This document shows, one piece after another, positions 48,553 through 60,193 of a stretch of 64,000 nucleotides of DNA. Both the position numbers and the translations under genes were made by a program. The DNA comes from a virus. The stretch covers positions 64,001 through 128,000 of the IMG/VR virus record IMGVR_UViG_3300025012_000031; one strand, written 5' to 3'. Position 1 is the stretch's first letter, and every line of letters starts with the position of its first letter. The notes beneath the pieces are model-generated. The model was not told where the DNA came from and did not search any database. It saw only the letters and a list, made by a program, of their open reading frames with translations.

Positions 48553-49326
48553 GTGTTCACCTCAAATGAAAATGGCCACCTTTTCAGATGGCCATGATTG
48601 AATTAATCAGTTAATGATTATTGCAAATTGGCGCGGATGTATCTTTTCACCGCCGCCGAATCAACCTTGAAGTTCGGTTTGTTAAGTTCTGCGGCAATGT
48701 TAACTGAACCCGCTTCGGGACCAAAAAGTACAGGCAAACCGCGGATCGCAATTTCACCATTCGGTCCATTCATCGTGATTGACTTGCGTTCTTTGTTGAC
48801 TGTGTACTGCCATTCTTGATCACCAACTTTTACGGATGAAATCATGTGAATCTCCTTTGATGCTATGTGGGTTGATGATAGTGAGATATTAATACAAACG
48901 ATGAATCAAGTCAATATTAAACTGACCTCATGTTGCTTTTCAAAATGCGGATGAATTTTATCCATTCCGTCAGCAAAGAAATCCGGGCGGGAACGGTAGA
49001 AACCGGGTCGTCACAAAAGGCATCGTGTATAGAGTAAAATTTTCTGGGAAGGCTCCGGGCCCACAAATTACACACGGCGTCATTGCCGCTTTCCTGCCAT
49101 AATTGGTGCTCAAGAATACCCCACACACAATTAAGTCGACATTTCTCTACTTCAATTCCTCTGTCTTGAACCCTTTCACATAATGGACAATCACCGCCGA
49201 CTGCGCTAAAATCATTCTTCTTATATGCCCGACGCATCTTTATCAGCGTCGGTAAAAACAGCACCAGCCGATTAATGTCTTCCTTTGATAATTCTCTATC
49301 GGTATAATCTGACATATTTGTCTCTC

Positions 49327-50037
49327 CTAACCCCGACCGTTGATGATGTGTTTGAATGAATTTTTCGCCTTGATGTAATCAATTAATTCATCTTCATTTG
49401 TGATAGGTGTCTTTGACTCCATGTAACACACCTCTAACAATTTGGAATGATGCGCATCAGAACTACATAACTGAACTTTTCTTTTCATTCCCCAAGGAAT
49501 CATCCGCCATCTCCAAAACGGAATGTGGCTTGGATGGAAATGATCAGTGCCACCGTTGACGCGTTCGAAGCCATCAATGATATCAGCAGCCCCTCTTTTA
49601 ACCCATCGCTTTGGTTGATTTGGGTGCGCCATGATAACGGCACATTTGTATTTGTTGCGAATCATTCTGATATCGTCGACAGTCATTAACCCTGTAATTA
49701 AATCAAAGCCCGTTATTAAACGTGCATCTCGTAAATGAAGAATCTCTTTGATTGCCTCCTCTCCGAAGATAAGACATTCTTCCATGCGACCGACGCTAAT
49801 CTCGATGCCGCAGATGATAGGAATACCAACTACCCGCGACGCCGAGGCCACAACATCAATTTGGTCAATATACTTGTTAAGATTCAGACTACATGTATCT
49901 TTTGAATACACATGATCCGTCAAAACACATGCAGTGAATCCGAGGCGTTTACATTCCATGGCCATCTCTGTGACAGTGTTTTTACCGTCGGAGTAAACAC
50001 TATGGGCGTGCATATTAATGTAATTCATATTCACCAC
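49327..50037 (-). CDS. PHP-family phosphoesterase
   Basis: H.HS.YSDG, TDH, GIE, AHP, SSDAH. Confidence 0.88.
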   Translation of the reverse strand: MVNMNYINMHAHSVYSDGKNTVTEMAMECKRLGFTACVLTDHVYSKDTCSLNLNKYIDQIDVVASASRVVGIPIICGIEISVGRMEECLIFGEEAIKEILHLRDARLITGFDLITGLMTVDDIRMIRNKYKCAVIMAHPNQPKRWVKRGAADIIDGFERVNGGTDHFHPSHIPFWRWRMIPWGMKRKVQLCSSDAHHSKLLEVCYMESKTPITNEDELIDYIKAKNSFKHIINGRG

Positions 50038-50699
50038 CGCTCAAACGGCAAGACCGCCATCGCCGAATTCGTATACTTCATATCATGAGTGATCTCATCA
50101 CCGATCCATAGCGCATGACAAAACGGCGACGGCCTTTCTTTACCAAACTCCATCTCGGCCACAATGAGGCCTCTATTCTCGTCTAGAAACTCGTCGACCT
50201 CGTAATAGAGGTTATTCGTATACGGAATAATATTGCGGACCTTACGGACCCTTCCAGCATCCAGAACCGCCACAATATCATATGCCAGGTCAAGATCGGC
50301 GGGAAAATTAAATTCGTCTCTCTCGTAACCACAACCACCTTTGAAAGTTAGTTCTGCTTTCTTTCCTTCGGTGATGCGAATCCTGATCGCCGTTTCGTTG
50401 GTATCAATCGCCCACACCCTAATGTTAGCCCCGGTCTCACTTATTCTCTTGGGTCGGAGAACACTTATCATCTCCATTGCATCACTGGGTTTAACGACAA
50501 AGCTGAAACTAATCTCGGCACCATCACGTTCGTCGGCGAACGTGATCTCGGCAGCGCCTATTATAAGATTGCCGATCATACCTACTGTTATCTTTGTGTT
50601 TTCGTTGAAGTACCATTGCTCGATGATCTTTGCTTCTTTGATATGATTTCGCCACTCCGGGGAGCAGACGAGAAATTTCTGTTCACGTTCTTTTGCCAT
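50031..50699 (-). CDS. CYTH-family triphosphatase
   Basis: E.E.KFLV, RIR..., R.EF, K.R, EVDEF...GL.VAE.E, W.G.EIT...Y.N. Confidence 0.85.
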   Translation of the reverse strand: MAKEREQKFLVCSPEWRNHIKEAKIIEQWYFNENTKITVGMIGNLIIGAAEITFADERDGAEISFSFVVKPSDAMEMISVLRPKRISETGANIRVWAIDTNETAIRIRITEGKKAELTFKGGCGYERDEFNFPADLDLAYDIVAVLDAGRVRKVRNIIPYTNNLYYEVDEFLDENRGLIVAEMEFGKERPSPFCHALWIGDEITHDMKYTNSAMAVLPFERW

Positions 50700-50721
50700 T
50701 CATTTTTTCTCCAAAAGGTTA

Positions 50722-51912
50722 TTATGCAGATAGTGCCAATTGAAAAGTGTCTCTCAGCATCACCATGTAATTACGATCCTCGCACATGCTTTTCCCGGGG
50801 GAGTCAGAAAGTTTGGCCACGGGTTTTCCATCGCAGTTGACCATCTTCATTACGATAGATAGAGCTTTGCTTGAATCGAAGTCATTGGTCAGATTGGTGC
50901 CGATTCCGAAGACGATGGTTGGAAAGGCCAGACCGAGATGTTGATTATATTCGCCACAGCTAAACATAATCGACGATGCCGTCTCAACATCAAGTCCATC
51001 ACTGAAAATGAATGTCTTTGTGGAGGGATCAACACCAAGTTCAGCAAGACGATTAATCAGTGTCATATACCAAATCATGGTGTTTCCAGAATCATGGCGG
51101 AAGCCGCGGTATCGCTTGGCGTTTTCAACAGAGAGATCGCGACAAAATGCATCAATACCAACGATGTCTGTTAGAGCAACGGCGAGCTTATCGCCATACT
51201 CATCGTACCAAACATTGAGGGCATTCTTCTGAAAGTCGATGAGTTTGGGAGAAAGAGCCTGATATGCCTGGAACCACTCGTGGGCTTGGGTACCTTTACA
51301 GGGAATGCCGAGTTTCCAGGCGAGGTAGACGTTAGAGGTGCCACCAAAATTTTTCAGATTGTCTTTGAGATACGAAACGACCTCGTACTGCCAACGACGT
51401 GAGCGGCGACGGCGGGTTCCCATCTCAATGATCGGCATACCAACCTCATTAGCATCGTTGATCTTTTCACGGAGGTTAAACATTGCACTGGTGTAATCGG
51501 GGTGGGGGTCCTCATTGCGGAAGTAAACCTCGTTAACGATGGCAAGAACCGGGACCTCAAAGAGGATCGTATTGACCCAATGACCTCGGATGCGGATAAC
51601 GATGTCATTCCAATCCCAGGAGATGAAAACCGTCTTCGGATCAAGCTGGAAGTCTTTGAGATAGTCAAGAAAGTCTTCAGCGAAGATATCCAAAGATCGA
51701 AGGTACTCAATTTCTTCGGACTTGAATTTCAATGCACAATACCATCTGATCTGATTCTCGATCAGCTCGATATATTTCGTCAGATTTACTCCTTCCGACC
51801 GGCACTTAAATGCATAATCAACAATCGGATTTTCTGTCTGATGAAATGCTGCTTGCATCTGTGTGAGTTTGTATAAGTCATTATCTAACAACGAAGGTTC
51901 TAACATAAACAT
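50722..51912 (-). CDS. pncB: Nicotinate phosphoribosyltransferase
   Basis: LLDNDLYKL, EMGTRRR, GTSNV, GTQAHEW, RHDSG, FSDGL, FGIGT, KLSD. Confidence 0.95.
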   Translation of the reverse strand: MFMLEPSLLDNDLYKLTQMQAAFHQTENPIVDYAFKCRSEGVNLTKYIELIENQIRWYCALKFKSEEIEYLRSLDIFAEDFLDYLKDFQLDPKTVFISWDWNDIVIRIRGHWVNTILFEVPVLAIVNEVYFRNEDPHPDYTSAMFNLREKINDANEVGMPIIEMGTRRRRSRRWQYEVVSYLKDNLKNFGGTSNVYLAWKLGIPCKGTQAHEWFQAYQALSPKLIDFQKNALNVWYDEYGDKLAVALTDIVGIDAFCRDLSVENAKRYRGFRHDSGNTMIWYMTLINRLAELGVDPSTKTFIFSDGLDVETASSIMFSCGEYNQHLGLAFPTIVFGIGTNLTNDFDSSKALSIVMKMVNCDGKPVAKLSDSPGKSMCEDRNYMVMLRDTFQLALSA

Positions 51913-52541
51913 TTAATGATTCTCCATCCCTTATGTTTCTTATTGTTTGTTAACGTGCGTTGCATATGGGCACGATGAAGGTTATGTTCTCTACAAAATG
52001 CATTCATTCCAGATGTTGTATTATACAAATTTCCGTCTTGATCTTCAACTAAATAATTCTTTATATTAATTTTTCCGGTTGATGTTGCACTACATTTTTT
52101 TCTTGTTTCATCTGTTGTTATTCTTGCCTTTCTAGCTATCGAAAGATTTGATTTATGTTCCTCTGAAAAGAGGACACCCATCTTCCCTTTACTTATATTT
52201 TCGCGATGTTCTTTAGAAAACTTTCGACCGATTCTTTTCTCGGCCATCTTTCTTTGCATCTCTTCAGTGAATCCCGAAAAGCCGTCGCCGCCAATAGATA
52301 AATTATATCCAACGTCTGCATTCCGAGAATTTAATTTCTCTATCCAAAATATCTCTCTTTGGTTTAATTCTTCAAAAGAAAAACATTCTTCGAGAATTTC
52401 TTTAGAAAAACTTTCTTTACCGTATTTCTTTATTGCATGTGATAACACAATACCAGAACCAAGATAATCTTTTCTCTTTGATGATTGTTTCCCAACATAA
52501 ATTTTCCCATTGATATTATTCGTCGTCTTATAAATGAACAT
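51900..52541 (-). mobile_element. Seg-like GIY-YIG homing endonuclease overlapping pncB start
   Basis: FIYKTTN.INGKIYVG...YLGSG; GYN...GG.G; NUMOD3; TATAAATA 52567-52574. Confidence 0.92.
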
Positions 52542-52584
52542 ACAAACCGCCTTTCTGGTTTGTATGTATTTATAAAAGTCTTTA

Positions 52585-52638
52585 TCAAATTAAGAGTTTA
52601 TATAAGTCATTGTCGAGAAGACTGTGTTCAAGTATCAT
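52585..52638 (-). pseudogene. Orphaned original 5' end of pncB
   Basis: GGAG RBS plus MILEHSLLDNDLYKL|LI*, matching current PncB MLEPSLLDNDLYKL. Confidence 0.9.
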
Positions 52639-53715
52639 TTCTTTCTCCATTTCAAAAGATTATGGGCCTTCCTAAAAACAATATATCAGGAAGGCCCATA
52701 GATGTAAATGGTTAAATTGCGTCGGGGAAAAGTTTATCCCATTCATCGGCGAGCTTGTGCATGGCCTTTTCATCGTTGTCCCAGAAACCGATTTTCTTCG
52801 CCGCGGCATAAAGTCTGTTGCCTTCGGTGAACATTGGTTCTGGTGCAATGACAACTTTACACGGGTCAGAACAACAAGAGCTTCCTTCAAAGAGAAGTTC
52901 GCAATCCGGGAAGTGTACTTTCAATATCTCAATTGCCCGCTGTCTGACATCATCTTCAGTGTCAAACCGCTCTGTCAAATCGCCGACTTTATACGAATCC
53001 CAGTTGTCTTTTTTGTTGAGGGTGTCAACTTCTTCCCGTGACATCGGTTTTGAAACTTCAACTTTAGAGTGCGGGGAATTGCATGTCAGCGATCCGTAAA
53101 AATGTTCGGCACCTATTGATACACCGGCCCAGGAAGTGATTCTTAGATACACGGCTTTCATGATTAAACCTTTGGCCTTTCCTTGACCTCGAGAAGATCA
53201 TATTTATAGTCGTTACCACCACGACGATCAAACTTGATGTCGACGAAGCGGAAACCCTCAAGAGTGTTGAACATGCTGATGTCTTTCGGAGCAACCTTCA
53301 ATTTATCAGGCAAATGATTCTGCACTTCATCACAGAGAGCAAAGTAAGTGGATGATATCTTCCGCAGACCGTCAGATCGCCAACAGGAGTCATGGTTAGA
53401 TGTGTTCTCCCATTCCTCCATCGGCAAGATGTTCCCAAAGAATAGTTTACCTATTGTGTGGCCACACCACACATGGACATTGCCATGGAAGATGAAGTTC
53501 AGATTGGCATATGCCGACTTTGCATCGTAGCCGCTAAGGGTGTTCCCGTCCTCAAGATACCCCCAATAGTTGGCGCGGAGTTCAACAGAGACAAGCAGCG
53601 CGGTTTGGTATTCGCCGTCTCGTCTTGATTTGAAGTTATGATCAATCTCTTTACGAAAAAAATCGACAATCGTTGCAACGGTGTGTTCGGCATCAAGCCC
53701 ACATACGCCCATGAT

Positions 53716-54363
53716 TTAGTTCCTCAGTTCGTCGGATGATGCAATGATCAGAACACCAGCCACCCGCATTTCTTCTAATGCTGTTGCGGCGGTCTCCTCG
53801 GAAACTGCCCGGCAGGCTGCGAGATTTACGATGACCCGGAAACCCGCGGCGACCAATTGGATAGCCGTTGTCTTGACGCAGTAGTCAAGGGCGAGGCCTC
53901 CAACGACGACGGTATCAACGGCGGAATCTTGTAGATATTCGATGACACCGGTTGAGATGTCTTCTCGGAGATCATGGAAGCAGGCGCCGTATGGGTGCAT
54001 GTCTCGTTCAATGCCCTTATAGACAAAGAAATCATACATCGAAACTTTAGGGAGACCGTCAATCAGTTCGAATCCCTCAGTGCCGACGATGCAGTGTGCA
54101 TTCCAGGCAAGATCGATGTCAGGACCAAAGAAACCACGAAGATCAGAAAACTGGGGGAGTCCGGCATTGGCAATCCAGAATGCATTGGGTGGGTGCGCAT
54201 CTTTACTTCCGACCCTGTATGCAGCAAATCGCGCCTGTGCCTCGAGTTCACCGACGATGTTGTGTCCATCGGGTACCGGGAGTTCGTTGGGACAAAGAGG
54301 AGTGAAACCCTTTTGGGCATCAACATCAAAAGTTGCGGTGTTCATCAGGCTGAGTGTTATCAT
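53716..54363 (-). CDS. pncA: Nicotinamidase
   Basis: DVDAQKGF, KDAH, W.AHC..GT.G, KG, GLALDYCVKTTA. Confidence 0.92.
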   Translation of the reverse strand: MITLSLMNTATFDVDAQKGFTPLCPNELPVPDGHNIVGELEAQARFAAYRVGSKDAHPPNAFWIANAGLPQFSDLRGFFGPDIDLAWNAHCIVGTEGFELIDGLPKVSMYDFFVYKGIERDMHPYGACFHDLREDISTGVIEYLQDSAVDTVVVGGLALDYCVKTTAIQLVAAGFRVIVNLAACRAVSEETAATALEEMRVAGVLIIASSDELRN

Positions 54364-57300
54364 CTTATCCTCCGACCTTCACAAGATACCCGAGTGCATT
54401 CAGAAAATTGAAACCGCTCCATAATGTCATTGTGAAGAAAGTAAACTTGATTGAAAAATTGGACCAACCTTTTGTTGACCAAATAATGGCCAACAACATG
54501 AAAATAATTGTAGCAACACCCGTGTAAAATATCATTCTCGTTTCCTCCGTTTATTTTGTCAAATTGTATTCTATATCAGTGAAGATGTCAACAACTTATT
54601 TCTCGTTAATAAGATAAACATTGATGGGCAAACAAGAACACCCGACATTATCAGTGTCACTCAATTTGACGGTTTCTAACCCGGCAGCGATGCAAGATTT
54701 CTTGTTTGGCCAAGCGGTGTACACTATCTGATGCACACGTTCTTTATTGTTACCGGTATAAATCACCGTGATGAGATTATGTGGTGTGTCGCCTACTTCT
54801 ACCGATGTACGAAACTGCTTCGCTTGGGCAATATTTGCAATCATGACAAACATAACTAAAAGGACGATGATATTTTTCATGTGGTTCCTCCGTTAAAGAT
54901 AAATTTAAAAATATGATATCTTGATCGACCTTGCACTCAATATTTGTCCGTCACTTTCATGTTCCTCATAAAAGAATTCGTGGTTGCAGTTATAGCAGAT
55001 CATATCAACAATCGTTCGTCTTTCGCAGATCGGACATTTTTCCTTTTCATCCGATTCTTCCCGTGATTTACCATTAAGCAACCAATCAATGAGGAGGGCG
55101 AGGAGAACGCCCGATGCAACACCGAGGCAGATACCGAATGATAACGTGATAAAGTTGATCGATGGTGCCAGTAAAGTATCAATGGATACGTCATATAAGT
55201 TTGTCATCGTATCTCCTAAAACCCGCGCTGTTCTTTTTCAGTCGGAACATACCCGTCTTCAACTTCTTTGAAACCGGCAAAGGCAACCATGAACCGCTTG
55301 TCTTCGATGTGGATGATGTCGCCGCAAGAAACGGAACGAATCGGAAGAGGCTGAAAATCATTCTGACCGTACTTGTAAATCTCATCAAGAAGATTATCAG
55401 GTTTGTCTTTGTTCTTCTCGACGATTGCATCGGTCAGTTCAACTTCGCGAATTGCCCCATTAGAACCGAATGCCCAGAGTTGAACTTTGAATTTCTTTCC
55501 CATGACCCGTCCTCCTAGCAGTTAAGTGAATAGTTATAAAGTTTTGCTTCAAGATCGGCAAGATCATCGGAAAGCCAATCCTCATTACAAAGCAACAAAT
55601 AATATTTGCCTTTCGATGGGTCTTTCTCGATTTCGATGTAATAACCATCTTCATAAACAAGAACCGTTGCCGCTTCGGAGAAAACGTCTTCATCGGAGCC
55701 GATCAAATTGGCAAAGTCAACAACCGACATTTCCCGTTTTGTTGCGACGAATTCGTCAAATGAAAGTTTTTTCGAAGGATCGTAAACAATTTCGATCGGT
55801 GTACGAAGCGAATGCTCTTTGCTGTAATGATAAGCAAACAGATCAGCACTACTTTGAGCGGAAATGCCTTTGAACTCTGCCTCCATGACGGTTTGATCGG
55901 CGGCGGTGAGTGTCACGGTTGTTTTCTCGGCACTGATAGTTTTTATTGTCAAGATCTGTTTTTCATTCATTGTTTTGCTCCTTTGTTGTTTGTTGGATAT
56001 ACAATAACAAAAGAGCACAATGATGTCAACAAAAATAATGATTATTTTCTTTAGATGATGTTTTTATTTTTCAAAGAACGTACCAGCCAACGGACGTATG
56101 CACCCACCACCTTTTTTGTGTGTTTGGAAGTACAGTGAAACCGAAAGAACATCGAGACCTTGAAGACGGCCCCTGACTGTATTTTCAAAATTCACAACCG
56201 AATCGAGAGTCTTCACGAACTCGATTTGCCGCTGAAGAAATATTGGATCGGTGTCAATACTGAACTTAAAGCGAATCTCTGTAGGAGTGATGGTGATCTT
56301 TGATTTATATGCCGGCCATTCACTTTTTCCTTGAAGAACAATTTCACGGTTCATCTCACTCTCCCCTGAATAATCTGATGTTTGGGCCACTGTGAATGCA
56401 TTCAATCACTCTCAGCGAGCCGCATATGATCGTGCCCGGGGGTGTGTCCACAAATCTTACACCGAGGTTATCTAAGACCACCCTGATCTCGTCTATAGCG
56501 GCGTCTTCACCTTTTGATATGGCATCCCAGTACAAAGACACCACCTCGTTATCATATAGTGATCCGACGGCGAGAATAAATGGTGGTGTTGATTTGATAT
56601 CATACGCCTCACACCTGCATAGCGCATCACCAACACCATATTTTTGTGCAGAAGCCACCGAATCAAAAACGAACAAACCGCCGACGGTTGGTAAGATTGT
56701 ATCGCCGACATTATATTGTATTGTCATTTCAGCAGCACCATTAATTGATACCATGTAACCGTCATACTCCACACAGAGAGCCTTATAAACAATATTGCTC
56801 ATCGTTATCTTCCTTTCAAGTATTCACTGATTGACTTACAGACGGCATTTCTTATTGATGAACACCCATAACCAAGACCATCATGAATTCTAAGTTCATG
56901 AACATTATGTCCTGCCATTTTATAACTCAGCAGCTTATATTCAATGTTCTTCTCCGTCAGTTTATCAAGGAGTTGAAGAATGACGGTTGGATTATCAAAC
57001 TTCGGATTTTTGTAACGAATGCAACGAACAACATTCGTTACGCCACATATACACATACTATGTACACCCGTAGGTTCGTGCCATGCCACACCAAGGAATT
57101 CGGCAAGAGCTCTCTTATCATCGTTTGTTAGAAATTCATTTACCATTTTTGTTTATCCTGTTTGAGAAAGAATCTTTGTATTGTTTACAGACACTAGTAA
57201 TAGTAAAATAAAATGGAATCATTAAATCTTTCCAAAAAATACTCTTGATATCATATTGGTCAAAAATAAATCGTAAGAGAACGAATATTCTTTCGGCAAC

Positions 57301-58157
57301 ACAAAATGCCATCAGAAAGAAGATATAAAAATTTGGGTCTGTCAACGGGTTAAAGTTTACTGTCATATAAAGCTCCTTTAGAAAGACGAAGTTGTATCAG
57401 TTGCATGACCTTCTGCAACGTCATGAATATAATCATATAATGCAATATAAGCAAGGTAAATACCAAGACCACCATAAACGGTCATCCATACGAAATCATT
57501 CTGTTGGTGACCGATGACGTTACAAAACTTCTCGATGGCAAAACTGAAGTTAAGGAAGCAAGCGACTATCAAGACTTTCATATTTCGTTTTGCATCGCTT
57601 GAAAGACGATCAGCTTTGATAAGGTGTATGAAATACTTATATGGGTTTCTATTCTTTTTCATCATCACCTTCGCGCCAACCAAGATATCTTGCAACCAAT
57701 AATGGGAACGTGTTGAAATCTATGTTTATCAGAATATCATTTTGGCTCATTAATTTTCTACCAAAGCAATATTCGATAAAGTTCTGATGCCAACCTTCCC
57801 CGACAATCTTGTTCTTCAAAAGAAAGAAGCCTTTTTCTGTGAAGAAGTTTTTGTTATTTCTGTAGGGGCGGGGGGGATTTAATGACATCATTCGTTTGAG
57901 TGCCTTTTCTGCATCCTCTTTACACAGAAAACTTCCCTCTACGACATCGTCGCCGCACCGACATTTTAAGACAATGTCACAACCTTTAAAAGAGACATTA
58001 CTTGAATCAGAATACTCTTCCCCAACCACTGGCGTATATTCATGCCAACACCGATTGTAGAGAGTCACCGTAAGAAAACGATTGACAGATTCTTCCATTT
58101 TTAATCTTGCTTGATATTTTGGATCGGCCGTGTCGGGTATAACTATGCAGTCTCCCA

Positions 58158-59261
58158 TTATAGCAACACCTTCTCAATGTATGATTCTGATTTACGCCAC
58201 AGGTGATCTAACTGTTCATCCGTAACCTCCGTTCCGTACTGCTTCCTTAGATCAAACAGAAGGCCGCTGAACGGAGTTGGATTCTTCTTGGTGATGTGAA
58301 TCGCAAAAGCCTTCTGTTCAACGATCTCCCGTGACTCATAGAAGACCTGCATCAATTGTGCATATGCAGCATCAACTTTGACTTTGAGTTTTTCGTAGTA
58401 CGGTTTAACTTCGGGGAAATATGCAAAGAGCTCATCTTCTTCACCTTTAAGTAGCCAGGGAAGAATATTTTTAGGGTTAAAGATGTTTCCGTTGTCTTTG
58501 AGATGATGAAGACTCATATACATTTTACTTTTGATCTTGAGTCGCATTCCATACTGGTCCATAACGACAACACCTTCAAAAGTCGGATCATTTACTTCCT
58601 GGTACTCAATGAACTTCTCGATTTCCTTTAGAGAATTGAATGTGTGCTTGGTCGGTCTACGAATGCCATAATCCTCTGCATAGATATCAACCGACATGGG
58701 GTAAACTTCTTCCATGGTTTGATTATTGAATATCGCAAGAAGAATGAGTTGGGTTTCAGCATAGTGACGGACAACTTTGTTATGAACCGAACAGAATTCA
58801 AAAACATACGTGTAGTTTTTATTTAAAGAAGACAAATTGAAATCTATTACTTCAAATGCCAACTGCTTCCAGGTCTTCCCTGAGAAACCGGGGTCACCGT
58901 CTGCAAAGGAACCACGGGTGTTGACATGCCACTCGCCGTTCCAATAATACATTGGCATCAATGATCCGTCTTCCTTTGTGTAAACAGTAAGCGGACCGTT
59001 CCAATCAAACTTATCGGTGAGGTCAAGCATTTCACCGAAGTTGAAAAAACGATCGAAAGATTTTGAAACAACATCCCAACCATCTTGATGAAGCGTCAGA
59101 CCACGACATTCACGAACAATCGGATGGGCCTTTGGTGAATTAATTTGACAGTAATTCAAGATCACACGACCATCTTCATGTTTGACATTCTTGATGCCGA
59201 ACTGTTCGTTTAGTGTGTCAAGCGTACCGCCGTTCCGCAGGAACTTCTGAACTTCCATCAT
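58158..59261 (-). CDS. rnlA: RNA ligase 1 (T4 RnlA family)
   Basis: ECRGL, F.RFFN.GE, KEDGSL, TRGSF, FEF...N.VV.Y, EGVV, KIKS..Y..LH. Confidence 0.9.
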   Translation of the reverse strand: MMEVQKFLRNGGTLDTLNEQFGIKNVKHEDGRVILNYCQINSPKAHPIVRECRGLTLHQDGWDVVSKSFDRFFNFGEMLDLTDKFDWNGPLTVYTKEDGSLMPMYYWNGEWHVNTRGSFADGDPGFSGKTWKQLAFEVIDFNLSSLNKNYTYVFEFCSVHNKVVRHYAETQLILLAIFNNQTMEEVYPMSVDIYAEDYGIRRPTKHTFNSLKEIEKFIEYQEVNDPTFEGVVVMDQYGMRLKIKSKMYMSLHHLKDNGNIFNPKNILPWLLKGEEDELFAYFPEVKPYYEKLKVKVDAAYAQLMQVFYESREIVEQKAFAIHITKKNPTPFSGLLFDLRKQYGTEVTDEQLDHLWRKSESYIEKVLL

Positions 59262-59530
59262 ATCTAATTCTCCTAGTTATTTCTCTGTAAAATTAATTGA
59301 TGCATTATAACGATCGAATGTCAACGAAAAGGAACGCAATTTTCCATATGTGAAGATGTTTATTATCATCCAATCCGAATATAAGTTTATGATTTTGAAA
59401 TCAGAAATTTTTGATTTATTCAAAGCATTTCTTAATACATCAACTAATTCGGCTTGTAGGGAATGCACCATCATATCGGTGTAATTTCTACCTCTATATG
59501 AGTTGAGTAATTCTATGATATCATCAACTA

Positions 59531-60193
59531 TCACTTCTTTACTGCTTCGGCGAATTCGTGGGCGTATTCGAGGAGGGCGATTTGCCGCTCGAGCGAATGC
59601 TGAATGTTGATGAAGATCATGTAATATTGGGGCCATTTTTCTCGGGCCGCTCGAAGCATCGGATAGAAGTAACTCTTGACTTCTTCAATGTAGTACTTCT
59701 GTTTGACGATACCGAATGCACGAGCCATTGACTGAATGTTGTGCATTCGGTCGCCGCCCTTAACCATCACTGAGAATGCATCTTCGAGAATTGCCATGTA
59801 GTAGGCATGTTTATGTTCGGTATCTCTTTTGTTGAAATTGGCCGGCTTGGAAACTCGTTTGATGATTCCGTGAACGGCCTCTCCGAAATTTTCAAGAACT
59901 TCTTCGAGGGAATACTTATCAGGATAATCTTCAACTAGATCATGTAGGAAGGCGGCGGCGATGATGATGTCGAGTTCGTCATTGGGAATCTTGTTCTCGA
60001 GTACTTGAATAAGATACCCAGCAATTTCGATTTGGTGCGATACTTCTTCCCGGCCATCAGATCGTTTGCCGATGTGGAACTTGAGAGCCAACTCGAGAGC
60101 ACGAATTGATTTGAGCATGTTACGACCGACAAAATAACCTTTGAAGAAGATGATTTGTTTCTTAAGTCTGTCTTTTGATTTCTCGATCGTCAT
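59531..60193 (-). CDS. RelA/SpoT-type HD hydrolase (small alarmone hydrolase-like)
   Basis: H.G.R.DG...H..E.A, AAFLHDLVED, VK..DR.HN. Confidence 0.8.
   Translation of the reverse strand: MTIEKSKDRLKKQIIFFKGYFVGRNMLKSIRALELALKFHIGKRSDGREEVSHQIEIAGYLIQVLENKIPNDELDIIIAAAFLHDLVEDYPDKYSLEEVLENFGEAVHGIIKRVSKPANFNKRDTEHKHAYYMAILEDAFSVMVKGGDRMHNIQSMARAFGIVKQKYYIEEVKSYFYPMLRAAREKWPQYYMIFINIQHSLERQIALLEYAHEFAEAVKK

Noticed and set aside
40068-52638. Group I introns around the endonucleases at the radical SAM gene and pncB
   Set aside because: There is no room for P3-P9 cores. The nuclease ORFs overlap the downstream gene's own new start, and both genes are complete without splicing.
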